Notes under the pieces: generated by a model
Told to the model about the DNA's origin: nothing
Database searches by the model: none
What the model saw: only the letters and a program-made list of their open reading frames with translations
Program-made: the position numbers and the translations under genes
Part shown: one piece after another, positions 50,943 to 63,932 of the stretch
Numbering within the stretch: position 1 is the first letter of the stretch
How the letters are laid out: each line of letters begins with the position of its first letter
Source of the DNA: Hypanus sabinus
Taxonomy: Eukaryota
Direction of reading: 5' to 3'
Assembly (NCBI RefSeq): GCF_030144855.1
Contig: NW_026781333.1
Coordinates: 310,001 to 374,000, forward strand
Length of the DNA: 64,000 bases

Positions 50943-53900
50943 ACGTTAGACAGCGTTCTAAAGTTTGGTGATGAGACTGACACTGCTGAGGTAAATCTTA
51001 TTAAAGGCATTCGCGGCAGCATGATTTCCGTGCTGTTGTACAAGGTAACTTTACTGTCAGGGTTGGTTTCGGGACCTGTTGAGATCGGATTATGCTCCAG
51101 TTTACCGGTAGAAGATGTTACTTTGCTGTTCGGGAATGACCTGGCAGATGGTAAAGTTGTTCCTGCAGTGCAGTTAACAACTAAGCCAACCACTGACGAC
51201 CCACAGATGGATTTTAACATTTATCCTTCCTGCGCAGTAACTCGAAGTATGGCTAAAAAGTCTGCCGACGCAGACGGTTCTGTGCAGCATGCTTCTGATC
51301 CCCATGATAGCCAAAATCTGGATTCCGGTTATGGTGACTTGTCAGGGACTTTTCTGCCTTCATTGTTTCAACAGGATTCAGATAGTAAGTCTGACGAGAA
51401 AGATTTATCCCTGTCTAGGAAGGAGTTTATAGCAGCAGGGAACCGAGACCCTGAGATTGAAGCTTTAAAAGAAACACCTCTCTCAAATGATGAGATTAAG
51501 AAAGTGCCAGTAGGGTATTATGTCAAGGATGGAGTGTTAATGAGGAAGTGGAGGCCACCTGCTATTTCAGCGAGTGAGGAATGGGAAATTGTTCACCAGG
51601 TTGTAGTTCCTAAAGTTTATAGGACTGAAATTTTAACTTTGGCCCACACTATACCCTTACGTTGACATTTTGGAGTGAATCAAACTAAACAAGATTATCA
51701 AAAAATGTTACTGGCCTAATTTGGGGACAGATGTTGTGACCTTTCGCAGAACCTGTCACACTTGTTAAGTTGTGGGTAAACCTAATCAGGTCACCCCAGT
51801 GGCCCCACTGCAGTCTAAACCTGCATTCGGTGTGTCCTCTTCAAAATTTAAAGTGGATTGTGTTGGCCCTTTGCCAAAGACTAAAGCTGGCCATCCGTAT
51901 CTACTAACTATTATGTGTACTGCATCCAGATTCCCAGAGGCAATACCTCTCAGAAATAATAAAGCTAAAACTGTGGCAAAGGCTCTTACCAAGTTTTTTA
52001 CTTTACTTGGTTTGCCTAAAAAAATCCAGTCTGATCAAGGAAGTAATTTTACATCTAGATTATTCCAGCAGGGAGTTTATTAACTGGGAACTAAACAAAT
52101 TACATCATCTGCATACCATCCAGAATCACAAGGGGCTTTGGAAAGATTTCTTTCTGCCCTCAAAACCATGATTGAGACATATTGTGTTGAAAATGGAAAA
52201 GACTGGAATGAAGGAATACATTTGCTTTTGTTCGCAGTAAGAGAGTCAGTACAGGAAACACTAGGATTTACTCAATTTGAGCTTGTATTTGGTTGTAGAG
52301 TGAGGGGAACTTTGACCTTGTTAAAGGAACAGTGGATTAATGGGGATGTACATGTTAACTTGTTAGACTATGTTTTGAAGATCAAAGATAAACTACTCCA
52401 CACCTGAGGTCTAGCGAGACAAAACTTAAAGATTTCTCAAAACAAAGTGAAGTGTTGGTTTGATAGGAGGGCTTGCGAAAGAAAATACCAGGTGGGAGAT
52501 AAGGTGCTTACCTTATGTTGAAGAATGTTGACAAATCCACCTCAGGCGAATCTCAATGGACCGTATAAAATAGTCTCTCAAATTAATGATCTGAATTGTG
52601 TTATTAAAACACCCGACCAATGTAAACTAACACAGGTGGTACACATAAATATGATAAAGCCTTATTTTGACAAGCAGGCACCATCTGTGAGTGTTGTTGT
52701 CAAAACATATGAATCTGGCAAACCTGCGAATGAAACAATTGACTCATCTGAGAATTTTCACAAGCCAAACGTGGTCCCAGTTAGGCTAATGAACTCAGTT
52801 GTTCTGGAAAACATTGATAACAAGTTGGCTCATCTGCAGCCAAAGCAACAACAACAGCTGAAGGAATTAATTCTGGAGTTTAAAGATGTATTCCCCGTTG
52901 TTCCCAAGCAAACCACGGTTGTAGTACATGATGTAGATAATGGTCAAGCCAAACCAATTAAACAACACCCATATTGCATGAATGCAGAAAAGTGTAAATT
53001 GCCTGAGCATGGAATTGAATATATACTGGAAAATGGTATTATTAGTCCTTTAGCAGCAGATTGCTCACCCTGTGTTATTGTGCCCAAACCTGATGGTAGT
53101 GTTAGATTTTGCACTGATTATAGGAAGGTAAATGCAGTAACAAAAACAGATGCCTATCCTATCCCTAGGGTGGATGATTGCATCGATAAGGTTGGAAAAG
53201 CTAAATTTCTTACAAAGATTGATCTTTTGAAAGGATATTGATGTGTTCCATTGATGTTCAGAGGTAGAGAAATTTCTGCATTTGTGACACCATCTGGTTT
53301 GTGTGAATACAATGTTTTACCTTTTGGAAGGAAAAATAATCCAGGAACATTCCAGAGAATGTTTGATTCTGTAATTCGAGGATTAGAACATACAGATGCC
53401 TATATTGATGACTTAGTCACAGGGAGTGCCACTTGGGAAGAGCATATCTCTGCAGTAGAAAAGCTGTTTGACAGGCTTTCCCAGTCCAGCCTTACAGTTA
53501 ACTTGGCTAAGAGTGAATATGGCCATGCCACTGTGACCTGTCTTGGCTATGTTGTAGGTCAAAGCAAGTTGGCTCCTGTTCGGGCAAAACTCCCAGCAAT
53601 TTCTCAAGTTCCTATTCTGACGCTGAGAAGGCTCTTAGAAGGTTTCTGGGAATGGAAGGATATTATCGTAAGTTCTGGAAGAACTTTGCTGCTATTGCTC
53701 TTCCTCTGACCAATCTCCTGAAGAAGGGTGAAATGTTTGTTTGGACAGAGCCCTTTCAGGATGCATTTGATCGATTGTTATCAGTATTTGAGATTAGGCC
53801 AATCAATGTAGTGCTGACAGCAAATTTAATTAGCAGATTGGAGCTGTGGGTAGCAACACAAGTCATGGGTGCACAGAGAGTAAAGGAGAGGGCCAAAGAG

Positions 53901-56559
53901 ACAACCCTGTGGGGTATGTGTGCTGAGGGTCAGAGAGACAGGAGATGGAGCCCACTCTTACCACCTGCCGGCGATCTGACAGGAAGTCCAGGATCCAGCT
54001 ACACAAGGCAGGGTGAAGGCCGAGGTCTCTGAGCTTCTTGTCGATACTTCACACCTTTGTATGGCTACTGCTCTGCCCATGACTGCAAGGAACTGCAGAG
54101 AACTTTGGAGAGCAGAGAAGATCAGAGAAACAAGCTCCCACTCCATGGACTCTTCCTACATTTCCACTCCCTCGGAAAAGCAGGCCATGTACACCAAAAA
54201 CCTCATAACCTGGACATTCTTGCTGCAAACCCGCTCCCCCATCGGGGAAGAGATACAAAAGCCTTAAAGTGCGTAACACCAGGCTGAAGGATGGCTTCCT
54301 ATCTGTGGTTATAAAACAAATGAATGATAAAATGGTCTCGACCTCACAATGTAACTCGACGTGACCCTGCACCATATGTCTATCTGCACTGCACTTTCTC
54401 TGCAGCCATAATGCTTTGTTACAGTGATTATTTTGTTGTATATCAGCTCAATGTACCGTCGTAGTGTATCGATCTGTGTGGATCAGGTAAGATTTTCACT
54501 GTAGATCAGTACATGATGATGATAAACAAATTCCCCATTTGTGTGGAAATATTAGACAGACTGAGCTTTTGATCTGGAACCAAAGTAGGAAACTGAACTG
54601 TTGTCATTTCTGAGGAAAGCAAATATATGGAAAAGGCTTCAATCTCACATTACGATCCGCGGTAACTGGGATCAGGTGACCAGTGGTGGGTCTCCCATAT
54701 CAATATCAGAATCAGATTTAATAGCACCGGCATGTGTCATGAAATTCGTTGTCCCTGCGGCAGCAGTAGAACCTAATTCATAACAATAGATTTTAACAAT
54801 TGTAATTTAAAATAAGAATATACTTATATATATAGTACAAAAATAGAAAAAAAAAAGTAATAAGCTATTTTAATTGTGTGGAGCAATTTGACTGACTGGG
54901 TGTTGCTTTGGAAATTCTGAAGTGAAGCTGAACTAAACTTTACACATTTATGAGAAGCTCAGATAAATACAAATGGCTAAATTCTCACATAAACGGGTCA
55001 GACACCCAGAAACATTGGCTGCACTTCAGCACCTCAAAACAGTGAATGAAACATGCAGAAACTATTGCAGAGAAAAAAGACATTGTCCACCCACAACGAG
55101 AGGACGTGACAGATCCAGATCTCACTGCCTTGTCTGAACGGGGAAAGATGAAGCTACACGGACACATAGAACAGTGACCCGCAGATGCTGCCGATCTGCA
55201 GATAAACGTGAACAGGAAACGGGATCAGGTGACGGGTGGAGGGTCTCCCTCCTGAACTGGTGACTCTGCTCCTCGCCCCTCACATGCTGCCCGACCCATC
55301 CACCGCATTCCCCACATTATTCCATATTTACCCCAGATACATGATTATTTTTCCACACCATATCTTCCCCGATCCTTTTCCCTCCACGTCCAGGTCACAG
55401 AGTCACCGGCTCAATTCCCATCCAGGTCCAAAACATAATTCAAAAAGGAAATGTTCACGTTTCATTTAAATCAGTTTTGTGTTTCTAAACACTAATTTCT
55501 ATTCACATTCCTCCAGAGCCTTGCTGGACAGGAACACTGAAACATCAAGTGAGAAACAGCAGGAGGCAATTCAGCCCCTCTAACCATCAGCAAGATGGCG
55601 GCTGTTCACCCATCTCAGCCACGTGTTTCTGCCCGATCCTCATTTCCTCGATCCCTTCGGTCTCCACACATCTGTTTTACGTGCGGACAATCACTGAGTC
55701 TTCACCGCCCTCTGTGGTAGGGATTTATAAACATTCACCACCCTCGGAATGGAGAAATTTCCCCTCATTTCAGTCCCGCACAGTCTATCCCTGTTTCAGA
55801 GACTGGGATCCCTGGTTCAACCGGTAATGATGTTGTGCATTTCAATGTTCACCTCACAGTCCTCGATTCTCTAAAAGAAAGGGTTATCACATTTGATCTT
55901 TCTTCATATGATGACCCCACCACCCCAGGGATCAGTCTGGTGAATCTTCATTGCACTCTCTCTAACAAATACTCTCTAACCACTTTGTTAATCCTCTATA
56001 GAATTAATTACCATCTTCAGCAGCCCCGTGTTGCCCCAACCACTCACCTCCCACCCGTCACTATTTCCACCTTCCCACCTCCCCCTCACCTGGATCCACC
56101 TCTCACTCCCCAGCTCTTGCCCCATCCCCACCCTCACCTCTTCTCTCTGACTATTTCCCATCCACTCTCAGTCCAGACGGAGGGTCTCGGCCCGAAATGT
56201 TGACGGTCCATTTCCCTCCACAGATGCTGCCCGACCCACTGAGTTCCTCCGGCAGTTTGTTCTTTGGTCTGTATAACCCGTGTTAGTATGGGGAGCGGGA
56301 TTTTACACCATATTCCAGGTACAATCTCAACAAAGCACAAATAATTGTCACCTTGCCCGGACCATTGGGCCCGCTTGCAGGGCAACAGTCTGCCGGTGTT
56401 TGCCCCCAATGTGGTGAATCCCTCTGCTCGGCACCACCGTGGGCTCAGACATTTCCACAGATGAGCCCCTCCTGTCCCCATCGGGACAAACATCCTGTCC
56501 GCCCCCTCTCTCAGCATCTTCATCCTGTCAATAAAATCCTCCCTCCCCGGGGAACAGGC

Positions 56560-57060
56560 ATCAAACCGACGGGCCGAGTGTTCTCCTCCTACCTCTCAGC
56601 GATACATCAGACTCCGGCCGCAGGAGACGCTTCACAAACGCCCCAACTTCCCTCGGAGGGAAATGGAAATAAATCAGAAAGCGGACATTTACTTTGAGGT
56701 TTTCTCCGCTCTGAGGAGGCTGTCGGCGCTCGAGCGGGAGACGAAATCAGTGGGGTAACGCCCACTCGGCTTGTCCGCCTCCGCTACTGGTTGTAACCAG
56801 TGATTGACATCGCTTCGCACCAATAGGAATAGCGCAGCTCCTGAACACTCTGTTGGCAGCGGTGGGGGAGGGGCTGGTCACGTGATTATTAGCCCAGCCG
56901 TTCAACCAATAAAGCTCGAGCACAGCAGCGCGTGGGTGACGTAAGACACCGCGCACGTGAGATCCCGGTGTGGGGAGCCCATGTGTGACGTCAGGCGCGT
57001 GGGAACTGTGTCTGACGTCACCTGTGGGCGAGCGCTGGCATTTAAAAGCACCTTAATGGA
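56560..57060. promoter_or_regulatory. CpG island with a dense CCAAT/E-box/CRE cluster (possibly bidirectional promoter)
   Basis: CCAAT at 56820 and 56906. CACGTG at 56879 and 56954. TGACGTAA at 56937, TGACGTCA at 56986 and 57013. TTTAAAA at 57041. Minus-strand donor-like GTAAAT at 56687-56692. Confidence 0.65.
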
Positions 57061-58189
57061 CTTTTCAGTGGGACAACAACATTAATCCCGGGGTTCATCA
57101 CTGAATCCAGTGTTGTGGGATGTAAAGTCCCCTGTTATGTGTCCGGCTGTGCCGTGTTGTTGGTGGAGTGGGCAGCGTGGTGTTTGTCTCGATTCGGGTC
57201 ACAACACCAGAATTGCCAGCGGGGTCCACACACAGTGTATTAGTCAACAGAATACACTGTGTGTATTCTCAAGTGAGGAGTCTGTGTGGTGATGCAGCTT
57301 CCCTGGAGGTGGACCAAAGAGGACACACCAACAGGTGGAACCAGCTGCGGGAAGACATGATTTTTCAGGTCTGATGACGAGCTGAATGTACCATAACCTT
57401 CAGACTGAATCAGAAAACCATTCTGAGGGTATTTGAAACGTCAGAAGCAGAGGAGATGTGATCCTATGTCTCCATCAGACCTCAGTGAGATAGTTCCAGT
57501 TATAACGTGCAGGGATGAAAGCACAGTGTTTGGGGTCTGATTTAATCACTGATTCTGACACAGTGAGAGGGTTAGTTTTGCTGTAAGGCAGCAACATTAA
57601 TGCAAGAAGACACAGGAACTTCATCAGTTGCCAGTTGTTTAGCAGAAGTGACCAATCTCTATGCTACTTTGACAGAAACAGATATTCCCAGTGGTGACAA
57701 AGGGGTGCAGTCCGGTTTATTTGAGGTTGGAGAGGGGTGTGGAGTTTTGAAATCAATGCCTTGCGGTACCACCATCGTTAATTTAGCATGTCCGGAGTGG
57801 TGGATCACACAGCACGGGAACAGGCCTTTGGCCGGCCATACCTGTTCTGACCATCCACTCACTGTCCACACGGGTCCCATTCATCAGCACTTGGTTCACA
57901 GCCGACTGTATCTCGGCAGTTTCAATGCTCATCCTCTTCGTAAATGTTGTGAAGGGACCTGCCTCCACCACCACCTCGGGCAGTGAGTTCCAGATTTCAG
58001 CTACCCTGGTGCCACCGGCTCCTCCGCTGTTGTGCGGGGTAGGGTTGTTTCCTTTGGGGGGGGGGGGGCTCGATGTTATTGTTCACTTTTGTCCAGAGGG
58101 GTGGGGTTTGTAGATTGATGATCGGGATGCCGTTCTTTTTTTAAGCTGGGGTTGGGGTGGGAGTTTGATTTTTCTCTCTGAACGACTTT

Positions 58190-58880
58190 CATGCTGGGAC
58201 TCACAAACACAACAGCTCGTTAGTTCCGCTGTATCTGTCAGTTCACCAGCGCTTGAATGTCGCCGATCCTTGAATGTGGAGGCGGAGATGCTGGAGAAGA
58301 CAGCGCCCCACTCGCGACAAGGAGAGCCCGAGCACGTGTTCATGTACGTGATGTGATTGGATACACCGCCATGACGTTCAGAGCAGTGAGATATCATTCC
58401 CTGGATCTCATTTTGGAAGGGATTCAGTCGGCCATCGCAGATTCACCGACAGCTTCGCACAGGGAAGCGGCCGTTCACCTGCTCCGTGTGTGTGAAGAGA
58501 CTCATTCAGTTAACCCACCTTGTGATGCTCCGGTGAGTTCACAATAAATAGAGGCCACATTTCTGTCCGGAGTGAGCAAAGAGTTTTACTCAATCATCCC
58601 AGCTGCTGCAACACCAGCAACTTCACATCAGGGAGGAAGTTCAAATCAGCTCCGTGTTAAATGTTTAACCATCACGGTGACTGAAGGCAGCTGCAGGTTC
58701 ATGGGGGACTGTTACTGTCAGATTCTGCAGTTCTTGCGGCTGCTCATCGCACCCAGGACTGAACCCTGGTCACTGAGCATTGGAGGAGTCTGTTCTGCTG
58801 ATGTTAGCCTTAAACTAGTCTGGTGTTTAATATTGTGGAGCTGTGAAAGATAAATCAGCTCTGTATCAAATCCCGTGTCT
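58190..58880 (+). pseudogene. Collapsed ZNF remnant, copy 3
   Basis: Aligns to 22240-22930. Confidence 0.7.
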
Positions 58881-59618
58881 CAGGTTCTTATCGTCTCTAA
58901 CACACTCACAATGTACACTAGAGTGGCCACTCTGTCCATCTGGTCCCTGCCCATGTTTCTGTTCCATATCAGTATATTAAAATCTACCCCTGCCGTTCCC
59001 CTCTCACTCTCCCTGTGATGACAGGTTACAACTAGTCACCGCTCCGTGGGATAGGAGATTTCTCTTGAATTTCAGAGAATCATAGAAATCTAAAACACAT
59101 TACAGACGCTTTGGCCCACAATGTTGCGCCGACCATGTAACTCACACTAGAAACTGCTTTAAAATTACCCTACCGCATAGCCACCTATTTTCCTAAGCTC
59201 CGTGTACCTATCTAAGAGACTCTTAAAATACTCTATTGTATTCGCTTCTACCACCGTCGCTGGCAATGCATTCCACACAAACACCACTCTTTGCTTTAAA
59301 ACCTTAGCTCTGACATCTCCTCTGTACCTACTTCCAAGCAGCTTAAACCTATTCGACCTCGTGTTAGCCGTTTCTGCCCTGGGAAAAAGCCTCTGGCTAT
59401 CCACACGACCAATGCCTCTCATCATCTTATACACCTGCATGAATTTCCTGCATGATTTTCTCCGGGCTGAACAAGACGATGAGCTCACTGTGGTTGTGAC
59501 GTTGTTCAGGGCTCCGGACGAAGTTGGTTAAACTCCTTCTTCTCCGCTCTTTTCAATGTTTTGTGTCATTTTCACCTATTTTAAAGGACTGTGCCTCAGA
59601 CAGCTGGGTTGTTGCAAT

Positions 59619-60363
59619 TTTTACGTACCAGCAGCAATAGATCACTAACGGAGTCTGGTTTCGATGTTAAAACCACTCTCTTCATTAGTATCTACTCCAA
59701 ATCTAAAAGATTGAACGAAATAAACAGCAATTAACGGTGTTGTACGTATTCCAAACTATTGGGAAACAATGCTTAAAGTCTTAAGATGGTAAAGTGGAAA
59801 AGTTCAGTAATCTACGGAAAATGTGAGTGAGAGGAGAGATTTGTAAATCCACACGAAGATGTAGAGAGAAGGCAATTAGGAAGAATTCCACACACATTCC
59901 ACGCTGGGTGAACGGAATAACAGTCGCCGAAGATCTTATCCGTCGATTAGTTCCGAAATCCACTTAGAAATATCACCAGGTGACAGTCACAAGAATATCT
60001 TCTTCGGGTGGTTACCACAGAACACCCCGATTCCGGGTAAGGGAAATCCACACATATGGATTATACGAAGTGACAGTCACACATCCGTTGTGCACTGCGT
60101 GCCGATGATCAACCCAATCTTTTGGGCATAGCAGTGACAAGCTGAAGTCTCTCTCACTCTTCCTCTCTTCGTCTCCCTCTATCTCTCTCTCTTCCCTCCC
60201 TCTCCTCCCTCTCTCCTCTCCCCTCTATCTCTCTCTCTCCCCTCCCTCTCCTCTCCCCTCTGTCTCTCTGTCTCTGCTGCAGCGCCTGTGTGACGTCACA
60301 GACCCGCCTCACTCAGGCACTTAAAGTGACACTCACAGTAAACGAACCTGCGGTCTCGTAACA
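59619..60363 (-). mobile_element. Solo LTR
   Basis: TSD CAAT at 59615-59618 and 60364-60367, empty site at 41369-41372. Ends CGTAACA; the other terminus is TG>TT. CT-rich tract at 60150-60275. Confidence 0.85.
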
Positions 60364-60969
60364 CAATGCACCTCTAAAGTCTGACAGCAGACTGGCGAGT
60401 GAAACTTCGATGGTGCAGAGTCAGAAACCGAAGAGTTGCCAGCCTGAGTCAGGCTTTGCGGCTCCAGAGAGAGAATGGGTCTGGAGTTTACGAGGAGGAG
60501 GAGAGGGAAGAATCAGACCAACAGGATATGGCTACAAAAGGAAAATCAGAAAAATTTGGAAACTGGTTGACCAAAAAAAAAAGATTGTTAGTTTCTGCAA
60601 AATACTGGTGGAAATCAAAAGATTAGGCAGCAATTGTGGAGAGGAATAAATAAACAACTTTTAGACCGAGCCTCTTCAGCATGCCTGGACTGTGGACTCC
60701 GCTGCTTATTTACTACCTGAACTGCAGAGCTCCCCCAGCATTTTGTGTGTGTGCGTCTCTGTATGTCCAGCCACTGCAGAATCTCCTGTGTTTTATACTT
60801 GCATTTTACATTGGCATTAGATACACGTGGATATTGAATACATTGTTTATGTGAGCCGCTTCCTGCGTTAAAAAAGCTTCAGATTTTTTCTATATACCCG
60901 AAAAAAAATGAGATATGGACATTGAACCGGTGCTTCAAGAACTGTTTAATGGCACCGTTATTACCCTTA

Positions 60970-61110
60970 AGGCCCTGCGCGAATAATTCTTATCAGGCAC
61001 TGAAGCACTGATGAACTGCGCAGGCGTCAGGCTGACGACGTCCCCGAGTATCACGCATGCGCGCAGCACAGGAGGCCTTGAAAATGTCGGTTGCAGGTAA
61101 GAGCGATTCT
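60970..61110 (+). promoter_or_regulatory. Promoter/exon 1 of a fourth ZNF paralog (finger exon expected beyond the window)
   Basis: Near-identical to 25140-25260. Donor CAG|GTAAG at 61097. Confidence 0.55.
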
Positions 61111-61359
61111 CCGTGTTTTTATCTTAAACACCGACTTCGGGATAATTCCTCTGAATTTCGGAGACCGTGGGCAGCAATCCCGGGACAGTCCTGCCCTCTT
61201 CCCTCTCTCTCAGCCCCACGATCCGTACACGGGCCCCGGGGAGCTCCCGGCTGATGAGGGAATGGGAACCGATGGATCTCTCAGACAGAGCTGAGCTCCA
61301 GCTATCTAAATGCAAGGATTAGGAATTCGGAGAAAGGGAACAAAATCTTTTACATCACC

Positions 61360-63932
61360 CATCTGTGGACACTCTCTGGAGGTCCAAGATTCGTATGTTA
61401 CACGACCGCTGGACTAAGTGTGTAAATGTAGGAGTGGACTATGCTGAAAAATAGATGTGCTAGATTTTCTAAAATTGACTCCTTCTACCTTAGGCCACAA
61501 CCTTATCTGTCATTCCTTATTTATTTATCTATCTATCTATCTTATATATGGAAAAGCAGTATAGCATTAGACGATCATCAGCATAAGATGAAAGTTTAAA
61601 CCTTAGCCTTTGTTTTAAATCAATACTTAGTCTTTTCTGTGGTTAGAAAATCGGAATCTTGGTTAAATTACTGGACATAAAGTATGGTGAGGTGCAGTGC
61701 TAGTATTGTAGATTAGCAAAGATTCTACTGTGGATTGGACTCCCAGAGCACAGTTACTGGATATCCACAGGACAGTACTGTCGAAGACTAAGACAGTACT
61801 TTCAAATAGAATTGGAAAGGAAATGAGAGGGAATTTTTGAGTGATGCAGGGCAAGAGAAAAGGATTGGAATTGAGAGGATAGTTCTGGTTGATGATCTCC
61901 TTTCATGCCAACAATAATTTTATAAAATTGTTCTGTGATTCTGTGTGAAGCTTTCCCTGGTCATTTGCCAGCTCTTCTTGTGATTCTGCTCCTAAATGTG
62001 AAAACTTGGGGAAGTGAGTTTAAAATTATGCCATCGAACTGGTTGTAAGAATGGACCACACCTATTGGTCCTCATTTGGTTTATTCGGAGCCTTGTCAAT
62101 AGCATGAATAACTGAATAAACATCTCATTAGAATGGGGTAGATTAAACTGAATATATAGGATCTTTAAATTATACCCCTTCCCACTTATTATTTTCGCTG
62201 GAAAAGAGATGTTGAAATTCTAAGTAATCCTGACTAAAGTGTATTAATGTTTGAAAAAAAAAGCTCAAGGTCAAATAAGTGTGAAACATTTGTAGAGTAT
62301 TTTATAGGAAGGGACATTAAAGACATTCATCATTCATGCTGATTTTTCCTCCCAGCACTGCCGCAAATACACAAACCACCCCACCTTCCCAAATCTACTC
62401 CATGCTATGCCTGATGAACCAGCCAAGATTAGCAGTTCACCATCTGTGGGAAAAATTGAGTACAAATACCTAATAAGATTGGGATGTGTACATTCGTCTC
62501 CCAATTTATGATGTAGGAGCATTGACATTATGCTGCTTTGTGCGTAAAATATACAATCCTCTTTGTTCAATTCTTTATTAGCTAGTGAACTTCCAAGTTT
62601 GCTTCAGGGAGTTAAGCAATTTAATTTTAAACAACAGCATGAATTGACAAATGTTACCAATTTTAAATAGCAAAAAGTTTATAGTATTTTTTTCCTGGGA
62701 AAAAATAGAAGTGGGGAAAAAAAAGACTTTTGGTCTGGAGTTTGAATAGTGTTATGATGTGACTGCATTTTTCAAAAGAAAAGAACAAAGATTGTAGTTA
62801 TCCAAATGCAGAAGGGTTAATCCTACGTTAAACTTGTGAATTAGGATTAAGAGATCCAAGATAATGTTAATTTAATGAAATAATTTAAATCCAATTAATG
62901 CTTTAAATCTACACTATACGTTCAAGAATGCATTTTAGGGAGCTCAACACCTCAAGCAGGTCAGTCAGGTATCTCTGCTCCCTTTAAACTTGCACGTTTC
63001 TGTTTCCCAGATGCCTTTGAAACTTACTTTGACCTTATTTTCTGAGCTCATTTTAAACTTGCAGGTTATGTGGAACGCATCATTCTGTAATGTGATGTCT
63101 AAAAACAGTGATTTGGAAGTGAGGTATGATGTATTAATATGAGAACATCTAATAATACAGAAAATCTGCTGGTCCGACACCCAAGACCCAACCATGGCAG
63201 GTTCACTAAGTTTTACTGTAGTTAGTCACATGTTTGGAGGGCTGTCGCCTGAAAGTAATGATCATTAATCACCATCAATGTTACATAGTTCACACTAAAA
63301 ATAAAAGCACAAGGGAGAAATCGGCCTCTGCCGCACCTTTTTTTCAGAGTGCTCAGTGGTTCATTTGAAATCAGGTCCAGAATTTTCCTGCACTTCTGAT
63401 GGGAAATCTGTTGGATGTGTTTCTGACAAACATACACCCAAAAAATGTAATGAGTCAATGCACCAAGTGGATTGAACGCCAGCACTTTTGAACAGTGTGT
63501 TTCAGCCTATTCTGTTTCAATCTTTATGAAATGTGAAATAATATGAAAGGTCTAGAACTTGATAGAGGGCTAAAAGATTACGAGAGGCATAGACAGAGTG
63601 GATAGTCAGTACCCGTTTCCCAGGGCACCAACAGCAAACACCAGAGGGCATATGTATAAAATTAAGGGAGGGAAGTTTAGGGGAGACATCAGGGGTAAGT
63701 TTTTTTTTCACAGAGGGTTGTGAGTGACTGGAATGACTTGCCAGGGATGGTGGTGGAGGCTAAAACATTAGGGGTATTTAACATCCTCTTGGACAGGCAC
63801 ATGGATGAAAGAAAAATGGAGGGTTACGGAGTAGTGTGGGTTTAGTTCTTTTTTTTAAGGTTTATATGGGTTGGCACAACATGGAGGGCTGAAGGGCCTG
63901 TACTGTGCTGTCGTGTTCTATTCTATGGCTCT
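61360..63932 (+). mobile_element. Composite 2573-bp insertion (mariner 3' fragment, unique AT-rich DNA, CR1 3' end) with an 18-bp TSD
   Basis: AAAATCTTTTACATCACC at 61342-61359 and 63933-63950. Empty site at ~25498-25515. Mariner C-terminus HDRWTKCVNVGVDYAEK* at ~61400-61453. CR1 at 63560-63932. Confidence 0.8.

Larger units (their letters stand above)
48546..53775 (+). mobile_element. Gmr1-like Gypsy, copy 2 (gag-PR-IN-RT order; LTR end and PBS deleted; 3'-truncated)
   Basis: SCAN-like gag 49660-50010, knuckle CYCCRKAGYVMDNC, PR (TGASQSLI ~50408), IN 51640-52400, RT with YIDD at 53401-53412. Same truncation point as copy 1. Confidence 0.9.
37470..55230 (+). repeat. Tandem segmental duplication unit 2 (~17.8 kb)
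   Basis: Same order of modules as unit 1. Confidence 0.85.

Noticed and set aside
31722-53775. The two Gmr1 LTRs as 5' and 3' LTRs of one giant element carrying ZNF-3
   Set aside because: Each LTR is preceded by a ZNF and followed by its own gag-pol, and no PPT precedes the second. Segmental duplication explains the arrangement.
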